Shown here piece by piece: positions 28,963 to 55,300 of a stretch of 64,000 bases of DNA. This DNA comes from Lama glama (lineage: Eukaryota), in NCBI GenBank assembly GCA_028534125.1, contig CM052816.1, positions 16,618,001 to 16,682,000 on the forward strand. The letters run 5' to 3'. How positions within the stretch are numbered: the first letter of the stretch is position 1; the number at the start of each line of letters is the position of its first letter. The notes beneath the pieces were generated by a model. The model had not been told where the DNA came from. It saw only the letters and a list, made by a program, of their open reading frames with translations, and ran no database searches. The position numbers and the translations under genes are program-made.

Positions 28963-29556
28963 TAAAGAAGAACTAATAAATGGCCACACTTAGGCTAACA
29001 GATGGTTTATTCTTATGTTTGCTCTTAAACTGGCTAACTAACCTGACTGACCGGTTGTTGTTTTCAGCTCCAGGCCCATTGTTAAAATGAAGCTATTAAT
29101 TTTACTGTTTCTGCTTTATTCCAGTAATCAAAAGCAATAATCATACTTGATTCCTGAGTTGTTCTCCAGGAAGGTCATGGAACTGTAACCTTACAAAATA
29201 GCCTGAATTATCAAGAAGATCATGCCTTGGGTGCTTATAAGACAAAGAGATCAAAAGAGTGACAACTACTAGCCTCTACAAAATTGGTAACCATGTTGCC
29301 ACTCTGAGTCTTATGAGAAGGAAATAATTCTGCTAATCGTTATCATGCTTTATTGTTTAAGCTATGACTATATAATCACCCTGCCCCTTCCACTAGATAG
29401 GTTCAGTTTAAAGGCACTAACCTGCTGCAAGTCCCCTTTGCCCAGCAAAGTAATAAACCTGTCTCTTTTCTTCTATGCTCTAAAATCCTGTGAGTTTCAG
29501 TTTGGCTCATCAGGGACAGGCAGAGGAGTGGGGGTTGGCGGGATCTTTCAGTAACA
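28963..29556 (+). mobile_element. Second solo LTR (5' boundary tentative)
   Basis: TATATAA ~29369, AATAAA 29452, ends cagtaaCA; candidate TSD ctcc at 28959-28962 and 29557-29560. Confidence 0.6.
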
Positions 29557-29790
29557 CTCCCACTTCCACTCCCTTCACAATGTAAACCCTTCAGTTACCT
29601 TCTCTCCCTCCCAGACTTCCCCCAGTATTTCCTTCACAATTCCTCACACAGTGGCAGTGATGCTTGTGTAGAGCATCTTTCTTTTTTGGAACAGGATTTC
29701 AAAACTTAAAGGACAAATTACTTCATTTTTAAAATCAAGGCATTCCAGGATGTATTCGTCGAATCAATGAATTAATTCTATCTTTCCCTA

Positions 29791-30463
29791 CGAAACCGAG
29801 CAGAACCTTGTTCCCGCCCCCCCCCCCAAGGTACAAATCTTTTCTCAATCACCTTTTTTTGTCTGTAGGAAATAGGTTTCATTCAGCCTGCCTGGCCTTC
29901 CCTGAGTTCCAAAGGACAGATAAAGAGTTGCTGATCAGGGAAGGGAGGGAATGCAGAAACAATGGAGGAAGTCAAGAAACAAGTGTGTCCTTGGGGCAGT
30001 GTCCCGATTCCTCCTTTAGGAACATACATAACAATACCTTTGAGTTCTGCAAGAACCAAGGCCCCTCCATCCAGGTGGAGGATGGTAACTTCAGGCTGCA
30101 CAAAAGATTCTTGAAGCACCACCCTGTTCTCACCACTAACCAATCAGAAGAAAGCCACACATCCAGCAGCACTCACCCCAAATTTTGCCTATAAAAAACC
30201 CTTACCCCTGCAGGGTTGGCATGATCAGTGGTAGAAACTGTGCACAAGGTTGTGAGTTCAACTGCCAATACCTCCACTTAAAAAAAAAAAACAAAAAAAA
30301 ACACCCACAAACTCTTCCCCTAAAACCATTAGGGTAGTTCAGGTTACTCCAGCAGGAGCCAACCATTCTTCCTTGGCCCTGCAATAAACCTGTTTTCCAA
30401 ACTCCGATCTTTCCCTTTGTTTGGCCTCACTGTGTCCAGCACACGAACTTTTGTTCCGTATCA
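29791..30463 (+). mobile_element. Solo ERV1-type LTR
   Basis: CCAAT 30140, TATAAAA 30190, AATAAA 30383, ends ...tatCA; approximate 4-bp TSD ccta/ctta. Confidence 0.75.
30210..30308 (+). mobile_element. Diverged tRNA-derived SINE nested in a solo LTR
   Basis: ...atcagtggtaga...gagttcaactgccaatacctcc plus A-rich tail; imperfect TSD aaacccttacccct / aaactcttcccct. Confidence 0.7.
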
Positions 30464-31519
30464 CTTACCAACTGGAAACTGGTCACAGCTGAGTAGTCAC
30501 TGACATCTTGTTACAGGACCCACACCCTCTTGTAGCAACCAGCACAAGGTTTTGAGATGGGCCTGAGGATCAGTGAGGCCCAGCAAAGCCAGGCAAAAAA
30601 CATCCTGAACTCAGGTTTGTTTTTCTGTTTTTTTGTTTTTGTCTTGATGGTACGGTAATTGGCCTGTCAGGATCTACAGCTCTGTGAAAGAAAGGCTGCT
30701 TTAGTAGTTCAAAACCTGGGGTCCCTACTGTAGAACACAGTAAGAATTTGGCTAAGATCTGCATATGCTGGTGTATTTCAAGATACTACATCAACTGGCA
30801 GCCAAAAACGAACAAAGGAAGAGTCCGAGCAATGAAGGCTGTTAAACGAGATTTACACAGAACAAAGGCCCAAGACAAGATGGCGCCCTCCCTGAGGAAG
30901 AAAACGTGAACTCACGCGGAGCGTGCACGCGCCCCAGCTCGCCCTGGGCAAGGCTCAGGCCAAACTCACGTGAGCTGGAGCGTCCTATGACTGCTGTAGT
31001 TAGACTCCACCCCTGTTTTTCGTCACTCCTTAAGCACATGCGCTCCAGGCCCTTAGCAGGATGCCAGTTGCGCAGGCGCAACAGACCCCTCCTCTCACGT
31101 AACTGACGCAAGGAGACTGTAATCCTTTCGCAATTTATCCCGTGTGACCTTGAGTCTTTCCTGTCTGCGAGGACCGGGGTTGTCCAAGGTTTTGCCTTAT
31201 ACCTCTCTTACCCCCACTCCTCTCTCTCTGAGCCCAGACCTGCCCCAGCCGGCAAGGAAGGACACGCTTTTTCCAACCATCATGCTACAAAGCATATTAG
31301 CTATACACCCTTACTCTGGGAGCGGCGTTCAAGTATTCTTTGATCAGGCAGCGCGGGCGACGCCTCAGCGGAAGAGAGGGCTTCCAGGCACAACGATCAA
31401 TCCCCGCCCCCCACCCCACGTGGTTGGAGGTTTCCAGAATCGCTAACACCACTGCTCCGCGCAACTCCTGGCCCTACGAGCGCCCGCTTGTTGCCTCGTA
31501 CTTCCACCATTTAGCAGCC

Positions 31520-45384
<13,865 letters not shown>

Positions 45385-46044
45385 CAGCAGTAAACTTTGG
45401 AGTTGAACAACATGTTATGCTTGGGAGTGAAGGGATTTCCTGAGCAGAAATGGGCAAACTTCAGACTTTTACTGTGTTTTTGCAGTATTCTATATATAAT
45501 TTCCTTAATATGTAAATTTAGTGACCATTAGTGATCATTTAATGAGTGACAATCCCAACAGTACAAAGTTCACAGTGTTCTGTTCCTAGCCTGTCACTAT
45601 TTTTCAGCTGCATGTAAATGGAGGGGAAGATGATTTATTGATCATTAGAAAGATTTAACCTTGTTCTGTGCTGAAGTAGCCATATTTTCAAGAGGTGAAA
45701 CCATCTCACACACAATGAAGGTAGTCAAGCATAGACCTGGAATGAGACCACAGTGGGATGAGATCCATCTAGTTATCTGAGTACTTGCTGTACCAGCCTG
45801 TGTGTATAAGGGATTCTTCAGCTGAGTCCCTGCAAGGCAAGTCAGCTGTGCCATGTTGGGAGTTAGGGCAGGGTAAGCTAGATTAATGGAAAACTAAACT
45901 AGCTGCTATTTATGTTAGGTCTAGCTTTTAAAACAAAAGGCTCCCACTTTCCTATGGCATACTTTTCTAGCTACCCTTTGGCCTATGTCTGGTATCTGTA
46001 TCCTTAATGATTGTTCTTTTTGATCCATTCTGGATTTTTTAAAA

Positions 46045-46054
46045 AATAAATAAA
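46045..46054 (+). terminator. HSPA9: HSPA9 polyadenylation signal (two overlapping AATAAA)
   Basis: aataaataaa ~660 nt after the stop codon, followed by T/GT-rich sequence (tcttgtt). Confidence 0.75.
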
Positions 46055-47446
46055 TATGAAAAGCATCTTGATCTCTTGTTGGTAAGGATTGAAGCCCTGA
46101 GATTCAGCTTCCAGAACAATGGCATGAATCACATTTCCCAGTTTCTGACCTAGAGTCAAGTGGGATTTTTCTAACTGGCTAAAAATACAGACAAATTCAA
46201 AATTTAATAAGTATCACTAAGGATAAGTTTGGTTCAGGAGGGTTTTCTTTTCCTTTCTAGCCCCATCTTAGGTTTGGAATGTTGAAAACCAGGCCTCATG
46301 TTTTCAAGCCACTTTGTGCTCTAAAAGTCTAACCAGAATTGGCTTATGATGAAACATGTCTAGTATTAAGTCCTAAGGTATGATTTCAGCGGCTCGTTAT
46401 CAGGAACCCAGATTCTGTACTTCTGCTTTCTCATCATTAGTGAGCTGCTTTGTCATAAATTCTCATGTGGTTCTTAAGTATCACACACTAACTTCAGAAC
46501 CAGAAAGGTGACTAAGCATTATTTCTTAAAAGTTTATTTCTTTAAATTTACCTCTTAGAAATTAGGGAGATTATTTACATAATTACATTTTTAGAAAACA
46601 AGTAGTCAACACTCATTTAAAAACTTCTTGTGATTCATGTGAAAAATGCTAGGCTGAAGTTTCAGCCACATGAACACTTGGTGGGAACCCTGTGGGATGT
46701 GCAGTGATTCTTTATGAAGGACTGTTCTAGGGCATGCTGGGGAAGATAATTAGCATCTCTGGTAGGCCCTTGCCCACTAAATGCTTCTAGTGTTAACCAA
46801 TTATGATAACTGAGCCCCTCAAGCATTTAAAGCACCCCAGTTAAGAACTATTGGCTTATATCATTCAAGATTCATCCTTGAGATCAGTGAGAGGAGGGAA
46901 CCAGGCATCCCCTGAACAAATAGGTTCTATTAGGAAGGTGGAAGAAGAGCTACTTGGGTAGACACCCACAGATACTGTCTCAAGCTGCCCCGTGTGTAAT
47001 ATACATAGCAGTTACCTAGCAATAAAACTTAGCACAGCCTTGAAAGGCAAAACCGAATTTAAATTTAGGTGCATTCTTCCTTTCGTGGTGACAAATGCTT
47101 GATAGGTTTGAAAAGGAAAACTTGGATTATTCCCCCAAGTAGTCTTCCCCAGTTAAAAACTACACCCTTGCAACTTCAGTGTTTTCCCACAACAGTTAGC
47201 AGTCATTATCACTTTACCTGCCCAAAGCTCTTCCCTAAGCCTACAGGCTTCACTACCTTTCTCCTTCCAACTACACTTCCACATTGCTGGGACAGTCTTT
47301 CCCCAGATTTCCACTTGACTCATCCCTCATTTTTTTCCTAAGGATGTGAAACATAAAACAGCTGTCTCTGTCAGGTTCTTGTCATTTCGTATCCTTACCC
47401 TCCCCTCCATAACAATTATTAACCACCTAATTTGTTCTCCCCCCAC

Positions 47447-47795
47447 TGCTATGGTCTGAGTTTTTAATGTTCAACCACCCCCCCATCCCAATTCCATATG
47501 CTGAAATCCTAACTCTTAAGGTGATGCTGTTAGGAGGTAGGGCCTTTGGAAGGTGGTAGGTCATGAGGATGGAGCCCTCATGAATGGGAGCAGTGCCATT
47601 ACAAAAGAGGATCCAGAGATCCATGATCCCCTTTCGCCACATGAGGACACACGAAGTCTGTGACCTGGAAGAGGGCCTTCACTTGACCATGCTGGCACCA
47701 TCTCAGACATAAGCCTCAGAACTGCAAGAAATAAACTTTGTTTATAACATACCTAGTCTGTTATTTTGTTACAGCAGCCAGAATGGACTGAGACA
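47447..47795 (+). mobile_element. MLT1A-like MaLR solo LTR inserted in an L2 3' end
   Basis: TGctatgg...gagaCA termini with perfect 5-bp TSD cccac. Confidence 0.9.
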
Positions 47796-48294
47796 CCCAC
47801 CAGAATGTAAGTTTCAGGAGGCCAAAGACTTTTTTTTGCTCACTGCTGTTTCCCAGTTACTAGAAAAATGCCTGGCACATAAGCGCTCAAATTGTTTGTC
47901 AAATCAATCGATCTCTCCCACTCCGAAACTCTGGTTTAGTTTCTACATTTTAAAGATAAAGGTCTTATTTTTGAAGTTTATGTGTAAATTGTACTCTTCA
48001 TCTGTCAAGAGTACTAGGGGCAACAAACCAAACCTGGAATCTAGAACTTAACTGGTTAAAGATTTTTAAAAATATTAATTAGAAAAAGAATTCAAGGGGA
48101 AATTAATAGTAATGTTTAGAGGACTGAAAATGTGGCCTGAGGTATCCTGGGGAATAGGAGTAACCAGAATAAATTTGCAGCTTTCTTTTAAACTTCCTAG
48201 GTATAAAGTCCAATTCTGATGTTGACTCATCTTCTATGTGATCTTAAAAAAAATTTATGTTGCTATTTGCCCAAGTAGGGTTGATTTTTTTCCT

Positions 48295-48895
48295 CAACTT
48301 TTTATTTCTAACCCATTCTTAGAAAGTCTAGACACATACAAACACCTTTCACCAAGATTCAATTAGCATTTTGCAACATCTGCACTTTCACACTCATGTA
48401 CTCCCTCTCCATACATATATTTGTTTTCTTAACATAAGACACTTCAACCTAAATATCTCAGCACTCATAAGAACAGAACATTCTCCCCACAACTATTAAA
48501 ATCAAGAAATTTAGCACAGATATACTATTATATATAGTCTATGTTAACATTTTTCTCGTTGCCTAAATAACTTTTTCATCCACGGTCAAATCAAAGATTA
48601 CACATGGCATTTAGCTGTTCTTTTTACTAAGAATAGTTCCTTTGCCTTTTTTGTCTTTTCATGATTTTGACATTTTTGAAGGGTACAGGCCATTTGTTTT
48701 ACAGAATGGCCCTTTGTTTGGATTCGTCTGATGATTTCCTTATGTCCAGTCATTATTGGTAGGAACACCACATAGGTGTTGTGTCTTTATCAGTGCATCA
48801 ACCAACAGGGAGAACAAGATGTCAATTCTATGCTTTGTTCCACGTCTTCATTATTAAGATACCTTTAATAAGTAATCTTTGGGTGTGGCTTAATT
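48295..48895 (-). mobile_element. Ancient L1 3'-end fragment
   Basis: aaaatcaagaaatttagcacagatatacta and gacatttttgaagggtacaggcca motifs. Confidence 0.5.
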
Positions 48896-48906
48896 TTAAG
48901 TATAAC

Positions 48907-49055
48907 TTTTTTTTTTAGTAAAAGATTTATTCAGAGAAGATACATACGCCATAGACAGGGCAGGCTGTTTCAGAAGGCAAGAGAAAGGCCACGAGGTGTG
49001 GGAATTGGTGTTGAGTTTAAGAGTGCGGTCTGCCTCACTCAGAAGGGAGAGCAGC
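48907..49055 (-). mobile_element. Short polyadenylated retrocopy, LTR R-region-like
   Basis: T10 tail; AATAAA on the minus strand (48926-48931); TSD ttaagtataac at 48896-48906 and 49056-49066. Confidence 0.7.
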
Positions 49056-50084
49056 TTAAGTATAACATTTATACTAGAGATTCTATAGCAAGAAGGAGCA
49101 GTCAAGAGAAAAGCAGAATGGAAGCAAAGAGACAACACAAATTTTTAAAATAAACTGCTTCAAGCAAAGACCCTTCACTATTTCAAACACCATTGTGACT
49201 TCATTCTCCAGTCCCAAGGCTGCTTTGTAAGGCCTATGTATTCTTTCCTGCCCTCTAGTCTCAGAAGTACAATGAAATGAGTGAAAGCCCTAGATAGAAG
49301 ACTATAATGTGACCTACATTACTCAGTCTGTGAACAGCATGGAGATAACTTAGCAGTTACGGAAAAAACATCTAAACACCATTTCAGTAGGTCAAAAACA
49401 GTCAAATGCCAGCAATTTTGTATGATTAAACGTCATACAATGCACCATCAGCACACCCATCTCTGCTGCAGTAGGTCAGGAAACAGAAATCTATCTTCAC
49501 ACTGAAGAGAAGACTGTATCTGAACCAGCCTTAATAATTACAAGCCTCAACTCTGAGATAACAGGAAACAGGAAAATAAAATGTTCCACCGAAATCATAA
49601 GTTCTTAAGCAATTAGACTGGTAAGATAGATTGATTTCCCATTTAGGAAATCTCTGGTTCTTTACCCTTTTTTGGTCACAAGAGTCCTTCAAGAAATTAG
49701 TAAAAGCAATGCACCATTTCCCCAGAAAAAATAATATTCCCAATTTTGCATTTTATAGTGGCATACAGACCCCCTAAAATCATGTGGACTCCCCACTCCC
49801 TATCACCGCTGCCCCAAGTCTTTACTCCCTGGGTGAGGAGCTACCAGTCTAACTGCTTAAATTCAAGTCATACCTCCCTGGTCTGTGTCCCCCTTTCCAG
49901 TGGCTGTTTTCTCAGTCTTGCCTTCCCATTTCTTAGGTATCCTTGGTCTACCTTCTATGAAGCCTTCCCATTTCTTGCCTTTCCACACTGGTAGTTTCAT
50001 TCAAATTCTTAACATCCTTTTATTTTTCAATTTTTGAATGTTCAACTCAGCAACTTAGTATAGCTTTTATTGTATTTTCCCCCA

Positions 50085-50915
50085 TCTTCCCTTGGATTAT
50101 TTTGAAGCAAATTCCAGAAATCGTAATTTTCTCTAACATTTCAGTATATACCTCTAAAAAGATTATTCTATAAAATAACAATATCACGATCACATCTAAA
50201 AAAATTAATAGCAAAAACTTGAATGTTCAAATTTCCCCAATTGTTTCTTAACTTTCTGAACTGTTAGTCAGGAACCAATAAAGGCCACACCCTATATTGG
50301 TTGATATGTCTCTTTTAAACTATAGGTTTCCCTGTCTCTTTTCCCCCAACTTTGCTATTTGTTTAGAAACTGTGCCACTTGTCCAGTAACCACCTACACT
50401 GTAATGATTGCATCCCTGTGATGCCATTCAACATGTTCTTCCAACCCCACTTGACTGATTCAACTTCAGCTTTCTTACAAGATTAGGTGCTGTGTACTTT
50501 GATCAGAAGGTACATAATTCTTGTTGGCTCTTTTGTGATGTTAACCAGTCACTGATGATCATTACTTGGATCTCTAATTTCATTAAAGGTATACTATTGT
50601 ACTTCTATCTTTTCTTCATGTTTTAGTTGGAATTCCTCTATAAGAGGTAAGAAACTTACCCTCTTAACAAGTAACTAGTTACCCTGAGATACAGCTCATA
50701 CAGGGAAAGCTTCCTTATGTACTGGTTTTTAGAATGAGTTAGTTGTGTTGTACTAATCAAAGGTGAGACCAATGAGATTTCTTGGGTGTCTCTGTGAACT
50801 CATGGATTCTAACTTATTTTATGTGTTTCAATTCATTGCAATTGTTCTTACTGATGCTCAAATTGTTTTAACTTTGCCCTATGGGAGCCTCTTTCTACTG
50901 GCCCTTAACTTTGGC
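50085..50915 (-). mobile_element. Ancient L1 (L1MC/ME-like) fragment, continuing after the nested L1 to ~52460
   Basis: ggattattttgaagcaaattccaga and caattcattgcaattgttcttactgatgctcaaattg motifs; split by the younger L1. Confidence 0.55.
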
Positions 50916-50930
50916 AAGACCTCAGTAGTC

Positions 50931-52360
50931 AAGGACAGTCTCTTCAATAAACAGCATGGGGAAAACTGGACAGCCACATGCGAAAGAGTGAAAATGGAAC
51001 ACTATCTTATACCATACACAAAAATTAACTCAAAATGGATTAAAGACTTACATTCACATAAGACCTAAAACCATAAAACTTAAAGAAGATAATATAAGCA
51101 GTAAGCTCCTTGACATCAGTCTTGGATTTCACATTAAGAGCAAAAATAGCAACAGCAAAAATAAACAAAGGGGACTGTATCAAATTAAAAAACTTCTGCA
51201 AAGCAAAAGAAACCATCAACAAAATGAAAAAGAAACCTATCAAGTGGGGGAAAATATGTGCAAATCATGCATCTGATAAGGGATTAGTATCCAAAATATA
51301 TAAAGAAACACAACTCAATAGCAAAACAATAAACAATCCGATCAAAAACTAGGCAGAAGACCTGAACACGGACATTTTTCCAAAGACAGACAGATGGTCA
51401 ACAGGTGCATGAAAAGTTGTTAAACATCACTAGTCAACAGGGAAATATAAATTGAAACCACAATGAGGTATTACCTCACACCTGTTAGAATAGCTACTAC
51501 ATAAAAGAAATAAGGAGTGTTGGCATAGATGTGGAGAAAAGGGAACCCTTCTGCAGTATAAGTGGGAATGTAAATTGGTGCAATTACTATGGAAAAGAGT
51601 GCGGAGGTTCCTTAAAAAATTAAAAATAGAACTACCATTGGATCCAGAAATTCTATTTCTGGCTGTTCATCCAAAGAAAATAAAAACATAATCTGAAAAG
51701 ATATATGCACCCCCATATTCACTATAGCATTATTTACAGTAGCCAAGATATATAAACAACCTAAGTATCCATCAATGCATGAACAGATAAAAAAGATCTA
51801 GTGTATATATACAATGGAATACAGCCATTAAAAAAAAAAATTCTTGCTGTTTGTGATAACGTGGATGGACCTGAGGGCATTATGCTAATCAGACACAGAA
51901 AGACAAATACCATATCATCTCACTTTTATATGGAGTCTAAAAAAAAAAAGCTCATATATACAGAGAACAGATTGGTGGTTGTCAAAGGTAGGGATGGGGT
52001 AGGTGTGGTTGGGGGTGACCGAAATGGGTGAAGGGAGTCAAAAAGGTACAAACTTCCAGTTATAAAATAAATAAGTCTTGGGAATGTAATGTATAGTACG
52101 GTGGCTGGAGTTAATAATACTGTAGTGCATATCTGAAAGCTGCTAACAGAGGGAATCTTCACAGTTCTCATCACAAGACAAAAATTACTTAACTGTGTAT
52201 GGTGATGGATTTTAACTAGACTTATTGAGATCATTTCACAATATATACAAATATTGAATCATGTTGTATATCTGAAACTAGTATGATGTTAAGTGTAAAT
52301 TATAATTCAATAAGAAACCAAAAAGTCTATTGGGGTATTAAAATTATTATTTTTCTTAAA
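50931..52360 (+). mobile_element. 5'-truncated LINE-1 (older, L1MA9-like 3' UTR)
   Basis: Degenerate ORF2 ([25 protein letters not shown]); perfect 15-bp TSD aagacctcagtagtc at 50916-50930 and 52361-52375. Confidence 0.92.
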
Positions 52361-55300
52361 AAGACCTCAGTAGTCTTTGTTCATTTCCTTTCTTACTGAT
52401 ATAGCAAGATGTTCCAAGGTCATTTCGTTCATTTCTGCCTCAGTCCTAGAAACAGCTATTTCTCCTTTTATACTGTTATGTTTAATATTCCTGTATCTTT
52501 TTACCCCTTTTAAAAGAGACCATAAATTTAAGGACTGCACTATATCATCCTAGTGCTAGAAAGAAAACTAGTACATGATACATACTCATGGAATTGAACT
52601 AAAAGATTAGCATCTGTCTAGGTATTCTACAAGGGTCTCTACAGAGTCAAAACGCAGCACTGGAAACATTACCTCCTCCCAGGGTAGTCCAAGGGCATGG
52701 CTCAATCTCACCCTGCTAATTATTCGTGTTATGGGAAGACCTACTTCAGCTAATGAGTGCTCTAGAACAGGGATTCTAAAAAAAGAAAAAGTTTTTTTCT
52801 AGAATTGAAAGGAGAAAAAAAAAGAGTTCTCTAATATGCATTATTTTCTTAAAGTTGGAAATAATTATAGGGTAAGGCATTTAATGGTCAAATCTGCTTA
52901 ATTTAACAAGACTATAAATTGGTGTAAAGATGTCTGGTCATCTAGAGAGGAAACTGCTGTCACTCCTTAGTTGTAGTCCCAATTCCCAAAGAAGGGTTAC
53001 ATTTTACCACTAGGTGTCCACAGGGGAGTGACACCTTACACTGGCTTTCAAGTCACTTTCACACACATCTGCACTACATAGTTAAGCAACTGTGTCAGTT
53101 TACACAAATTTTAAATCCTTTGAATTTTATATTATACCATATAATTTAGGTCTTCTTCATTGACTTTTACTTGCTGTAAGACTTCTTTATTTAAAGATGG
53201 AATCTACAGAACTGCATTCCTCAAATTCACTAATACAGTTAGGGATATAAATACCTACTATTTAAAACTTCAACTCTGAAAAGTTCTGATTTTCTCACAA
53301 TCATTAACACACCAGCCACTGAAGCAAGCAAAAACATCCCAAAGACCTATTTTACTGGCTCCCTCTTCCCCCAGGAGGGAAAAATCCCTAGGAATTGGGC
53401 TTTGGGTTCTTCCTTTACTGTCTCAAGTTTATTTTCTGCTGGAGAATGATGAAGTGAGTAGCGTCACAGGTCCTCAAGAGATGAATATAGAAAAGAGTAG
53501 AAGAGGACAGAACAAATTAGGAGAAAGTAAAAAGAGAACTAAAATTCATTGGTGACACATGGTTGCTGTAAATGGTACTAGGAACTTCACACAAATAATT
53601 TAATCCAACAACAGTCTCACAAAATGGGCAGGATCTCCATTTTACCCATAAGAAAATAGATTAACCGAGATTTAAGAAGTGACTTGCTCTAGGAGCAGAG
53701 TCAAGGCTCAACCCTAAGGCTTCCTAGCTCCAGACTTCTTTTCTTTAACAACCCCACTGACTTCCAGAATAGTCAAAGGGTAAAGCCGTTATCAAATCTT
53801 TCCACAGTGATCCCTTCCCTGCCTTCTTCACTTTGGCTACTCATACTGGCCTCAACATTAGCAACCAGTTATCTCATTCTATACCTAACAGCACTTTGTT
53901 TTCAAGCTGCTACTGGTGTTTTCAACATCAAAACAATCCATTCTTCTTCTTTCCCCCATAACCCCACCTATTAACTAGGAATGTCATCTATACCTCATAT
54001 TCAACATTATTACCTAATGTTAGAGCTAGGGAAAAAGTTCTGAGGTCATCCAGAACAAATCCTTCATTTTTCAGAGGACAATTTGTGCCTAGAGAACTTA
54101 CATATATTCTGCATTTGAGAAAATCTGTATCACCCTTAGATTACGGGAGGTACCTCCTGGACACTGAATGGTCATGGCCCTATTTGAATAGCCTCCTCTT
54201 TGCCAAAGCAAATAGTATCCCTGTTCTACTGCTCCCAAATTTCTTCTAGAGATCCATGCCAGCTCCTAACACACTGACTTTCAACTTTAAGTGCAGAGAT
54301 GGTAAATTTGCAGCAACTAGGTAAGTAAGCTTTTGTGGCTACAGGTAAACAGCCTGGTTTAGAATATTCTAAGAAATAAGCTACATATCTTGGTAATCAC
54401 CAAGTTTCAAGGATTCAAACAATAATAAACAGCAGTTCTATCCAGGATATCACCATGCTTTCTTCAGTATGAATCACACAAAAAAGCAAGCCTGTGAGTT
54501 AGTCTAGAAAGCCTGTAAAGCCATCAAACATGGATGTGAAGCAACACTATAAACATAAACATAAACATAAAGATGAGCAGGAAAGAGAATCAAGGCAACC
54601 TAGTGTAGAAAGTAAGAACTGGGACCAGAGGAATGAAGCAAGGAAAAGAGAGGGACATGGTAAGCACCCAGTCTGTAAACGATGTTTATGACAACTTAAG
54701 GAGACCCATTACTAAGCACAGTGAATGGCATACAGTAGAAGTACAATAAATATATAATGAGTGAACATACCCTGAAAATTACAAAATGGAACCTAAGAAG
54801 AGATTCCATCCTGGGAATTCATTTGCTTGGGGAGAGAAGACTTGCCCTATAGGAAGTCCATGTCCTCATCCTATGGAAACATAGGTAACCAGGTTGCTGA
54901 GCAAGTCCTTTTCACCTTTTTTTGGTCTCAGTTTCCCAGTCTATTAAAAGGGAGTAAAACCTCCATCTCCAAGGTATGGACAATGTTGAGATAACACACA
55001 AAAAGTATTCAAAGCCCACACAAATGCAATTGTCTGACTGGAATCACCACTGGCATGTCTCATAAGCAATCTCAAATTTAATAAGCACAAGATGAAATTT
55101 TCAATTATCCCCCACAACCTGCTCCTTATCTCAGCAATTCTCTGGGAGCCATTCTTGCTCTTCCTCTTCATCCGACCCATCCAATCCATTCCAACCTGCA
55201 AATACCACTCACATCTTCTGCATTAAGTCTAAGGTACAATTATCTCTCACATAAATTACTGACCTGCTTCAGCACACTAGCTTTTGTAGTTCCTCAGATG

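Noticed and set aside
31340..31519. 60 open codons in frame upstream of the HSPA9 ATG
   Set aside because: Starts at TTG with no AUG, lies largely in promoter sequence, and would mask the mitochondrial presequence; openness is expected in GC-rich DNA.
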